From IMG/VR virus record IMGVR_UViG_3300027819_000026, positions 1-40,805 of that record: 40,805 nt of DNA. One strand, 5' to 3'. The position numbers and the translations under genes were made by a program. The notes beneath the pieces were generated by a model that saw nothing but the letters and a program-made list of their open reading frames with translations, was not told the DNA's origin and searched no databases. Source of the DNA: a virus (lineage: Duplodnaviria > Caudoviricetes). Shown in pieces: positions 26,067-34,261 of this stretch (positions are counted from its first letter, which is position 1; every line of letters begins with the position of its first letter).

Positions 26067-27607
26067 GGGTTAAGAAGTTCTACTGTAGCAATACCGCAAG
26101 TAATTGAATTCGAAGCGTCGGCGGTTCCCCAAGTCCATGTGAGATTAACTGTCTGAGTTGCCGTCGTGTTGATATTACCACCAGTCTGCAAAGAACCGGT
26201 TATTGTTTTCCATGACCCTGTCCCGTCATCGTAGAACGCCTCCTGGATTCTTGCTTGTGTCCCAGAAGCCCCAGCAGTGCGAATAGTCCATGACCCCTCA
26301 TAAGTCCAGTTTACACTAGTCAAAGAAGCAGTCCAACTTCCAGCAGTTCCATTTCCGGCTCCAACATAAAGCGTAAAATATCCAACCCCAACGGGAGCGG
26401 CCTTGGTGGAAAGTATGCCTTTAGCCTTCACTCGAATAACTGACCCAGCAATCAATCTATTGGCAGGAATCGTTAGATTTCCAACACCACTCAACAATGT
26501 GGTCTCCGTAACAGTATTAGCCACGGTAGAATTTGCGGTTTGCGTGAAGATAACTACCGGAATTCCGTATCCGCCTAAAGTAGCTCTCGCATTGGCTGCT
26601 ATTGTCATTTGGCCTGCCCCGCTCGCAACAATATTGAGAGTGTCAATCGAGTTGTCGTATTCTATCACACCCTGCCCAGTGTTAGCCGTGTCTCCGAATG
26701 CAATGCCAGCAGTCCCAGACGTGCCACTAATTACATTCAGATATGCCAACGTGTTCGTCGCCGTAGAGTTTTGAAATTGCGCTACCGTGCCCGCAACTGG
26801 GGAAATCAGAGTTCCGCTGTGAAGCGCGATCAGACGAGCCTCTGACGTGGACGTTGTGCCAATCAGTATCTTGCCCGTCCCCAAATAAAGATTCGCCGCA
26901 TTGTTGTTGTAAAGCGCCCAGTTAGCTGTGCCGCCGCTTACTCCACCGATATAGAGCCCGTAGTTATTTGCGCTCGTGCCGTTCCATGTCCCGGTCGAAA
27001 CAAGCGCAAGTCCGTATTTGTTGATCAAAGCTGTCGAACTCGTCGCTGTATTGGAGATATCAATCCCTTCGCTCGCTGAAGTAGTTGCTCCGCTGCGGCT
27101 GATAAAAAGAGACACCCCGGTAGCTGGAACATCTCCAATCGACATTGCTCCCAGCGCAGAGTCATACTGGAAGTTTACGTTCGAATCAAGCACGCTTGTG
27201 GCACTCCAAACAGCTATGTAGTTATCGACACCTGTGCCTGTAACAGTTCCACTCCCCGCCGGTGTCGCGTAGGTGCTATCCCCCCGAAGATAAGTTGTAG
27301 AGTCCGCTGTGCCAGAGCCAAGACTTCTCGGCCCTATCTTCAGCCGATTGTGCCGCCCACCAAATCCAGTTGCCGGAAACACGTCTTCCAAGTCAATCGT
27401 CGCCGTCGAGTTGGTTTCGTAGAGAAACAGGCCGCCGAAAAATGTCGTGTTGGTAGTTGTCTTACCAGAAAGCCATGACACCATCCTATTATTGATCTTT
27501 GGGATTTTTATTGCCACAAGATCGTTTGTTACAGGTGCAAAGAACACCGGATCAGCGGCGAGCCCAACTACCACAGAAGCAAATAAAATGGCAACCCAGC
27601 GTGTCAT
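26063..27607 (-). CDS. tail fibre-like protein with N-terminal signal peptide
   Basis: Start ATG 27607 (ATGA overlap): MTRWVAILFASVVVGLA|A; LGSGTADSTTYLRGD, GSGTVT, GKILIGTT fibre motifs; N-terminus paralogous to 27604..29901. Confidence 0.78.
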   Translation of the reverse strand: MTRWVAILFASVVVGLAADPVFFAPVTNDLVAIKIPKINNRMVSWLSGKTTTNTTFFGGLFLYETNSTATIDLEDVFPATGFGGRHNRLKIGPRSLGSGTADSTTYLRGDSTYATPAGSGTVTGTGVDNYIAVWSATSVLDSNVNFQYDSALGAMSIGDVPATGVSLFISRSGATTSASEGIDISNTATSSTALINKYGLALVSTGTWNGTSANNYGLYIGGVSGGTANWALYNNNAANLYLGTGKILIGTTSTSEARLIALHSGTLISPVAGTVAQFQNSTATNTLAYLNVISGTSGTAGIAFGDTANTGQGVIEYDNSIDTLNIVASGAGQMTIAANARATLGGYGIPVVIFTQTANSTVANTVTETTLLSGVGNLTIPANRLIAGSVIRVKAKGILSTKAAPVGVGYFTLYVGAGNGTAGSWTASLTSVNWTYEGSWTIRTAGASGTQARIQEAFYDDGTGSWKTITGSLQTGGNINTTATQTVNLTWTWGTADASNSITCGIATVELLNP

Positions 27608-29901
27608 GGGAGCCAACCGTAAACAGGGCTGTAGTTCCACCAGCCGCCTGTAGTCGTGTCCAGGAATCTCTGGCCAAGCGCAGAACCAGTTGTGCCGAGC
27701 GTAATCGGGTCTCCGGCGCCACTTAGGTTGGTCAATCCAGCCTCAGTCAACGTTGAACTAACAAGTTGTTTCGAGCCGTTGAAAGCCGCCATTGTCGTAG
27801 CAGTCGCATAGGAATGAGTGGATGAAGTTGTGACGACCAATGTCCCAGTCGTTGTTGAGCCGACAACGCTCAAATTGTTGTCGCCAGGATCAGTATCAGC
27901 ACCCACGTTTACACCGCCGTTAACCGCTAACTTTGCGAGTGGCACTATTGTCCCGATGCCGACGTTGCCCGCACCTAAAATTGTCATCCTTGTTGCCAAA
28001 GCATCACCATAGCCATTGTAAGTTTGAAATTCCAAACCGTAAATACCATCCGACGACTCCTTGTTCTTGATTGCCGAAACAGGAGTCGTTGTTATTCCGA
28101 ATAATAGGCCACCTATGTAATTAGAACCGTCTGCCAGAGCGCCATCAATCTTAATATTCGGTCCAGTTGCTCCTGATTGATCTGACACGTGAAATTTTTC
28201 GCCTGGCGTCGTTATCCCGATACCAATCTTCGCTGTTGAAGTATCAACATAAAGCTGTGACGTGTTGACCGCAAAGTCGCCAGTCGTTGCCAAATTGATA
28301 TTCACCCCAGACCCGGATACCGGAGTCACCCCTAACGCCCCTGCTGCTGTGATGATCAGTGGTGTTGAGACAGAAGTCGGAGCAACGATCTTGGTTGCGG
28401 TCAGTGTGTCGGTCGCGAAAGTCATGTCTGCGTCATCAGCAAGCAACCCACCAACGCCGGCAAACGTGACGCGAGTCGCAGTCAATCCGCTATCCGTAAC
28501 TGCTGGAGTCGTAATGCCTGTCGTAAACGTCGGGGCGTCGCTGAAAACAACAAAGCGAGTGCCGGTCTCGTCACTTAGGACTTGAGCCAGGTTTGTGCTT
28601 GTGATCGAAGTAAGAACCTGAATATCCGCCGTGCTTCCGGTGAAGTTCCCGACCAGTGAGTTGTTTGCAATCTGGGCCAGGTTTGCGAATGGCAAATCAC
28701 CAGACACGTCTGTGGTCAGGGAAACCGCACTCCAAGTTGGGGCTCCGGCAGCGTTGCCGTGAAGAATTGTAGTTGTGGTTCCCGCCGCAGTTGTTCCCAA
28801 CGTACTCGCTGTTGGCCAATAGACGAGCCCGTATTGCGTTCCTGACACGCCCGTGATCGCGCTTGTCCCGTTACCTTGTAACGCTCCTGTTAGAGTGCTT
28901 GCTCCCGTGCCGCCGTCAGCTACTGGAAGGTCGCCCGTCACATAGTTCACACCGCCAGCCAGGTTAACCGGCGCATAAGTCAACGCGCTCACACCATTCA
29001 CTTGTAGCACATTGCCAACTGTTAACGCACCCGCGACCGGGACGTCAGCGCCATAGATTCTCCGCACGAGAGGATTCGGGTAGGTATTGGTTAAATCCCC
29101 GCCCGCAGCGCCACCAGGAGCCGTGCCCGTAATCGTTGTGTTGCCCGCTGCCGTAAGCCTACCATCTTGGTCAACCGTAAAGGTTCCAACTTGAGTTGCA
29201 GAACCATAAGAGGCTGGAGTAACCGCAGTGTCAGCAAGTTCAGGTGCAGGGTAATCACCTGTAAGCTTTCCACCCGCTGGACCATAGACACGTTGGTAAA
29301 GACGCCGCCATGTTCCAGTGCCGCCCATCGAGGTGTCGGCCCCTGGCAACGCGCCGCTTGGAGTAATAGAGCCCGTGTCTAAATAGGTATGCACCATACC
29401 AACCTGTGCAATGAACAACTCTGCCCCAATGCTGCGCCCATAGACTTTGTAACCAGTTGCCCCCGGCACCCCAGCCCAATTGACATTCACGCCCGCTGGC
29501 CCGGTTATCGCCAAAGATGTTTCCGTTGAAGCAAGTGTCTCGCCAAGTGCATTCAACGCACTCACGCGGTAGTAATAGGTCGCCGTTGCCAGCGTGCCCG
29601 CTCCCGCCGTGAACACCGCATTGACGGGAGCAGGTATGCGCCGGTCCCAAATGTTTGTTCCGTCCACAGTCGCAATAACGCCGTTGGTATCGAAGATTGC
29701 GAACCCACCAAACCCACTCCCAGCCCCGCTGAATTGATTCGTCACTGTGCTTCCGCCGATCATTGTCATGATCCGATTGTTGATGGTCGCAATCGGAATC
29801 GTTGTCATGTTCGTGTAAACAGGCGCATACTCAAATGGTGTTGCACCAAAAACACAAACAAACATCAAACTTAACAAAAACAAACGAAAAAGATTTTTCA
29901 T
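27604..29901 (-). CDS. tail fibre-like protein with N-terminal signal peptide
   Basis: MKNLFRLFLLSLMFVCVFG|A; fibre motifs GGDLTNTYPNP, LPVADGGTGA, SDETGT, GNVGIGT; FN3-like insert. Confidence 0.82.
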   Translation of the reverse strand: MKNLFRLFLLSLMFVCVFGATPFEYAPVYTNMTTIPIATINNRIMTMIGGSTVTNQFSGAGSGFGGFAIFDTNGVIATVDGTNIWDRRIPAPVNAVFTAGAGTLATATYYYRVSALNALGETLASTETSLAITGPAGVNVNWAGVPGATGYKVYGRSIGAELFIAQVGMVHTYLDTGSITPSGALPGADTSMGGTGTWRRLYQRVYGPAGGKLTGDYPAPELADTAVTPASYGSATQVGTFTVDQDGRLTAAGNTTITGTAPGGAAGGDLTNTYPNPLVRRIYGADVPVAGALTVGNVLQVNGVSALTYAPVNLAGGVNYVTGDLPVADGGTGASTLTGALQGNGTSAITGVSGTQYGLVYWPTASTLGTTAAGTTTTILHGNAAGAPTWSAVSLTTDVSGDLPFANLAQIANNSLVGNFTGSTADIQVLTSITSTNLAQVLSDETGTRFVVFSDAPTFTTGITTPAVTDSGLTATRVTFAGVGGLLADDADMTFATDTLTATKIVAPTSVSTPLIITAAGALGVTPVSGSGVNINLATTGDFAVNTSQLYVDTSTAKIGIGITTPGEKFHVSDQSGATGPNIKIDGALADGSNYIGGLLFGITTTPVSAIKNKESSDGIYGLEFQTYNGYGDALATRMTILGAGNVGIGTIVPLAKLAVNGGVNVGADTDPGDNNLSVVGSTTTGTLVVTTSSTHSYATATTMAAFNGSKQLVSSTLTEAGLTNLSGAGDPITLGTTGSALGQRFLDTTTGGWWNYSPVYGWLP

Positions 29902-29902
29902 G

Positions 29903-30127
29903 CTAAATCCATTCTAAAGTTGATTCGTTCCAATGAAAGACTTGCGAGGTTGCGTTTACAATGTATGGTTGCCAATCGAAATCACCAACGGCACCAGCAA
30001 AAGTTGGGTCCATATTACCTCGTTGAACTGCTTGAACAAACCGCTTGAACCCATAACGGTCTGCCATGTAAAGCATACTAGGGCCAGGACTGACTAGCTT
30101 GCTGAAGAATTTCTCTTCGTTGGTCAT
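29903..30127 (-). CDS. hypothetical protein
   Basis: Fills the gap, ATGA-coupled upstream. Confidence 0.7.
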   Translation of the reverse strand: MTNEEKFFSKLVSPGPSMLYMADRYGFKRFVQAVQRGNMDPTFAGAVGDFDWQPYIVNATSQVFHWNESTLEWI

Positions 30128-30891
30128 CCATTTTGAAAAGCCGCGAACTCGGCACGGATGTTAAAACCAGACACAGCAGAAAACGTTATAGAAGTTGCAG
30201 TAATGGCAGTAGCTCCTTTAATTGTGCAACCGTAGTAGTTCCCTGTGGAGTCGTTTTGCAATAACCGCAAACCACTTCGAAAGTCAAAAGAGCGGTCAAT
30301 CGAACCACTAGAAGGGATTGTGATTAAAACCAAAGGCTTTGAAATTCTTGGATCAGCATTAGGTGTATCAACGGCATAAACCACCAAATAACGCACAGCG
30401 GCAACAAGGTTGATTGCTTGAATACGCTTAAGGAACTGACGGGTTGTTGCACCTGTAGCTTCGGACCAAACAGCAAGCGAGTCAACACCGGTTGTTAAGT
30501 CACCAACAACCGTGAATGCCGTTTGCCCAATGTAAGCCGGAGCATACTCTTCGACCATTAGCTCCAAGTCAAACGCGCCTGACGCGTCAATAGTTAGCGT
30601 TCCTGATGTTGAAGAAATGGCAACAACAAGACCAGGGGCCTTTACTGGGAAAGGAAACCCTTCAAGCGCACGCCAAACACCGCTTCCATTTGCCGCAACC
30701 TTGATTGACAAGAGCGGAACTGCACCATTCACAGGAACAGCAACCCCAGAAAAGAGCTGAATATAACGCACTGAACCATTTGCAGAAGTGTAGTCAATTC
30801 CAGCAAGATTCAACTGAACGTTGTTAACGGGTGAGTTCTTAACGATTATGTTGTAACCGTTAAAGACAGCAGGAGGAGGAGTAATTAGCAT
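30124..30891 (-). CDS. putative virion structural protein with a tandemly duplicated beta domain
   Basis: Two copies of an ...VRY(I/L)xxF/Y...P(L)... module. Confidence 0.65.
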   Translation of the reverse strand: MLITPPPAVFNGYNIIVKNSPVNNVQLNLAGIDYTSANGSVRYIQLFSGVAVPVNGAVPLLSIKVAANGSGVWRALEGFPFPVKAPGLVVAISSTSGTLTIDASGAFDLELMVEEYAPAYIGQTAFTVVGDLTTGVDSLAVWSEATGATTRQFLKRIQAINLVAAVRYLVVYAVDTPNADPRISKPLVLITIPSSGSIDRSFDFRSGLRLLQNDSTGNYYGCTIKGATAITATSITFSAVSGFNIRAEFAAFQNG

Positions 30892-30893
30892 AA

Positions 30894-31607
30894 CTATGGA
30901 GCAGCGATGATGATTGTTGGAAGGATTTTGCGTTGAGGGCCACTGCGAGGAACAAGCGGCGTTTTGTCAATCCGAGACGGATATTGACCCTTTAGTGTAT
31001 TAAACCGTGCGTTTGCCAACTCAAGCAAAGATTGTCGTTTACCAGCTTCCTTGTCTGAAATTTGCTTAGATGCGACAAACATGGCAATCAGCAAGTCATC
31101 TAGGTCAAGGGTTAGAGTAGGGTCGTAAACACCAGCCGCTTTTAAAGAAGTTAAAGGCCTTCGCCCAGTAAAACGAACTGTGTTAGTTGAAACAGGAATT
31201 GGCCAGACTTCAAATTGAGTTTGTGAATACATTTGCCAACGTAATACTGGATCAAGTTGTTTGGCAGTAATACCACCATCGCCGCTAGAAATAGTGTTGT
31301 ATTCGTTGCGACCAATACCATACGGTAATTCAAGCCACTGTTGGCCCCAAGCAATTGCAACTTGAACATCCCGCTCGAAATCAATCGTTGTTGGAAGAGT
31401 CAAGTAGCGAGTTCCGGCCACTGAAGAAACATCGCTACGTTGTAAGAGAAACGGCCAGTCGAATTGATCGGCTAGCCACTTTTGGGTGTTGTCAATCAGT
31501 GTGTAAAGGAGTTGATCCCCAGACACTGCCACACCAGCCGTAAGCGAATAGCCAAGTTCTCCTTTGACCATAAGGAGAACATTGGCTAATGTCGATTGAC
31601 GAGACAT
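30894..31607 (-). CDS. head-tail adaptor (tail tubular protein A)
   Basis: TLANV, IDNTQKWL...DWPFL, GTRYLTLP, FEVWPIP, LDDLLI. Confidence 0.78.
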   Translation of the reverse strand: MSRQSTLANVLLMVKGELGYSLTAGVAVSGDQLLYTLIDNTQKWLADQFDWPFLLQRSDVSSVAGTRYLTLPTTIDFERDVQVAIAWGQQWLELPYGIGRNEYNTISSGDGGITAKQLDPVLRWQMYSQTQFEVWPIPVSTNTVRFTGRRPLTSLKAAGVYDPTLTLDLDDLLIAMFVASKQISDKEAGKRQSLLELANARFNTLKGQYPSRIDKTPLVPRSGPQRKILPTIIIAAP

Positions 31608-31609
31608 GG

Positions 31610-32086
31610 CTAACGAGAAGACAAAGCAGACTCGTATTCGGCTTCTTCAAGAGGTTCGGCAGCAAGTTCCTGAAGCTGTTTCTGGGCTTTGAATGCGTTT
31701 CCGCTGTTCACAACTGAACGCTCTTCGCCGTCAACTGAGTCAACAAGAACTCCATCTGCATCAATGTTAAAGCCAGCCTCTTTAAAAGTCTGAGGCAGCT
31801 TTAACATTGGGTTGTTAATATGACTCCCGTAGAGCTTGTCAAATACAACTGTTCTGCGACCATCAATTCGCAGTTCGGCGTATTTAGCTTGCAGACGAGC
31901 TAAGTCATCGGCGTCGTCAATAAGAACGTCTCTCAACAACCGAAAGCAGGTTAACGGACGCCCGTTGCACTTGGCTTGATGTCCAACATAAAGCATCCGA
32001 GCTTCTGCCGGTGTTACAACCAAGTCAACTGTCGTGCCGCTTACTCCACTTGTGTCAACTGTTAGTCTTACTCTTGCTGTTTCCAT
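31610..32086 (-). CDS. hypothetical protein (head region)
   Basis: AAGGA SD; VTPAE motif; 158 aa. Confidence 0.7.
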   Translation of the reverse strand: METARVRLTVDTSGVSGTTVDLVVTPAEARMLYVGHQAKCNGRPLTCFRLLRDVLIDDADDLARLQAKYAELRIDGRRTVVFDKLYGSHINNPMLKLPQTFKEAGFNIDADGVLVDSVDGEERSVVNSGNAFKAQKQLQELAAEPLEEAEYESALSSR

Positions 32087-32094
32087 GTGCTTCC

Positions 32095-33330
32095 TTACGG
32101 TGTTCCGATTGCAACGTAGTCGAATGTTTTGGATTGAGAGCCGAAATTAACCACAAAGGTTGTGGTTGTTATGGCTGAAACAGCGTTTGTTAAGACGGTT
32201 GTTGCTCCACCTGTGATTTGAACAATTACTTTTGGAGCGACACTAAAAGCCGTTCCAAAGGTATTTGTCACCGTGCCATCGGCGGCGGTTGTGCCACTTC
32301 CAGACTGAATTCCAAGAGCCAACAAGGTGTTTGCAATGGACTTGGATGCCAAGCTTTTATCAGCCCCAGTAAAGACAGGAAGACTTGCTGTAAGGGCGCT
32401 ATTGGTTAAAGCACCTGTAACATTAAGAGAGGCCAATGTTGCAGAACCGTTTAGGGTTGTTGCGTTAGTCACAACCAAACTATTCATTGTGGATGCTCCT
32501 GTAACACCAAACGTGCCGCCAACTGTAGCGTTTGTAACCACTGTCAAAGACCCCACAGATACCGCATTCGTTGCTGTAATGGAATCCGCTGTGACTGCTC
32601 CATCTAGCCTTGATGTTCCCAAGTTAATTAAAGAGCCTACCGTAATTGCATTAGTAGCTTTAATGTTATCAACTGTCAAAGCTCCATACAGCTCTAAGCC
32701 ACCAGGTTTAAGAGCTAATATATCAGCATTACCCGTTAAATTAGTTCCACTACGATCAGCAAAACCAATATAGCCCCTTCCTTGCGAAGCATTGTTTGCA
32801 CTCTGGAAATACCAAAACGGTTCCTGTGAGTCTGAAGCATCAAGGTCTTCAAGCACCAATTGAGGCAACCCTGCCGCTGAAGTCAAACGCACCATCGGGT
32901 TATTGTTTGCTGAAGCCGCACTAACAAGCAGTGAAGTTGTTAACGTTGCTTGAGTTCCCAACAAGGCGTTCGTTACTGTTACTGCACTTGCAGTAAGTGT
33001 TCCAGCAATTGCAACACCGGCCTTAAATGTCGAAGCGTTAGTTGCAACAACTGCGGCTAAAGAAGCTGTGTCGTAAAAAGAGCTTAGACCTGTAACAGTC
33101 AAAGTGTCAAGCAAGGACACGCCGCTTGCAAACGTCGAAGCCCCTGAGAACGTGGTTGTTCCAGTCACAGTCAAGTTAGAAGCTACTGTAAAGCTCTTAC
33201 CTTGCAAGAAGTTAGAGGCTTGTTCAGTCACTGGAGCGTTTTGTCGTCCGGCAAAGGTTTGAGCGAAGACCAAGTAGCTTGTCCAAGATACAATTGCCAG
33301 AACAGTTATCACCAACATTGTTTTCTTCAT
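32095..33330 (-). CDS. head fibre/decoration-like protein with signal peptide and C-terminal H-type-lectin-like domain
   Basis: MKKTMLVITVLAIVSWTSYLVFA|Q; LTVTG beta repeats; IQSG...TFGTAFSVAPKV...FDYVAIG ending. Confidence 0.72.
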   Translation of the reverse strand: MKKTMLVITVLAIVSWTSYLVFAQTFAGRQNAPVTEQASNFLQGKSFTVASNLTVTGTTTFSGASTFASGVSLLDTLTVTGLSSFYDTASLAAVVATNASTFKAGVAIAGTLTASAVTVTNALLGTQATLTTSLLVSAASANNNPMVRLTSAAGLPQLVLEDLDASDSQEPFWYFQSANNASQGRGYIGFADRSGTNLTGNADILALKPGGLELYGALTVDNIKATNAITVGSLINLGTSRLDGAVTADSITATNAVSVGSLTVVTNATVGGTFGVTGASTMNSLVVTNATTLNGSATLASLNVTGALTNSALTASLPVFTGADKSLASKSIANTLLALGIQSGSGTTAADGTVTNTFGTAFSVAPKVIVQITGGATTVLTNAVSAITTTTFVVNFGSQSKTFDYVAIGTP

Positions 33331-33341
33331 AATTTTATTGG

Positions 33342-33375
33342 AAAAGGTCTAGTGACCTTGTCCTGCCACTAGACC
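33342..33375 (-). terminator. intrinsic terminator after the capsid + decoration genes
   Basis: - strand GGTCTAGTGGC-AGGACAAG-GTCACTAGACC followed by TTTT. Confidence 0.72.
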
Positions 33376-33396
33376 AGTTACACACAATTTCCTCCT

Positions 33397-34224
33397 TTAT
33401 GGCACGAACCCGTTGAGGCTAATTCGAGTTAATCCAAGAATCCCTGCACCGCCTGGATTTGTTGCAAGAACGACAGTGTAAGGTTTTATCAACCTTGATC
33501 CTGTAAGGAACTGCGCTGGGAGGTTTGTTACAACAGTTACCAGCGACGTTGTTGGAGTCAAGGCAAATGAGAACTGGTCCTGTGCTGATAGACCAAAGTT
33601 AACTCCATCCCCTGAACGAACAAACGTAAACGTCACTGTGTTGGTTAGTTTAACATCTCCAAGCAAAGATACAGAGACGTTTGGACTGGCAATGTTTCCG
33701 TTGGCATCAGCAAACCCTTTTATGTCTTCGGCCCAACTCGCGTAGATTGCTCCACTGGCGGTGTTTGTGCCTTGAGGATAACTGGCTTTGGTTATGCTGG
33801 AAACAATGATATCGGCTCCATCAGTTGTGAAGGTTACAGCAGAACCGCCGGACGTAGTTGAGATTTGAAACGAACCAGCGGCAGAACCTATGATGAAGTA
33901 AACAGTTAAGGCCGAAACTCCAGATGGCATTGTTCGAGCCGTTACATAGACTCGATCCGTGTTTACAAAGCCGTGATTCTGAGCGTAGAATACATCTACA
34001 CTATTCTCAGCCGTGGCACGAACTGCAACGCGTGGGCCATAGGACGTATAGAAGACGTTTGTTTGCCAAGCGTCATCAAACGTGAAGGTTTTTGCGGCAG
34101 TTGTGGCCTGATACATGATCGTTGTAGCGTCTCCGCTAAACAACGACTGTGATTGATGAACCGCAGCGAACGTTAAACCGACAACCAAAGCTGTCAGTGA
34201 AACAAGCAAGGTGAGTTTTTTCAT
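33397..34224 (-). CDS. putative capsid decoration protein with signal peptide
   Basis: Directly after MCP; MKKLTLLVSLTALVVGLTFA|A; NHGF..DRV...PSG....YFI...SFQISTTSGG domain seen in virion proteins. Confidence 0.7.
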   Translation of the reverse strand: MKKLTLLVSLTALVVGLTFAAVHQSQSLFSGDATTIMYQATTAAKTFTFDDAWQTNVFYTSYGPRVAVRATAENSVDVFYAQNHGFVNTDRVYVTARTMPSGVSALTVYFIIGSAAGSFQISTTSGGSAVTFTTDGADIIVSSITKASYPQGTNTASGAIYASWAEDIKGFADANGNIASPNVSVSLLGDVKLTNTVTFTFVRSGDGVNFGLSAQDQFSFALTPTTSLVTVVTNLPAQFLTGSRLIKPYTVVLATNPGGAGILGLTRISLNGFVP

Positions 34225-34261
34225 GGTTTGTATTAGTAGCTTGTTGTGGTTGTTGTGTCAG

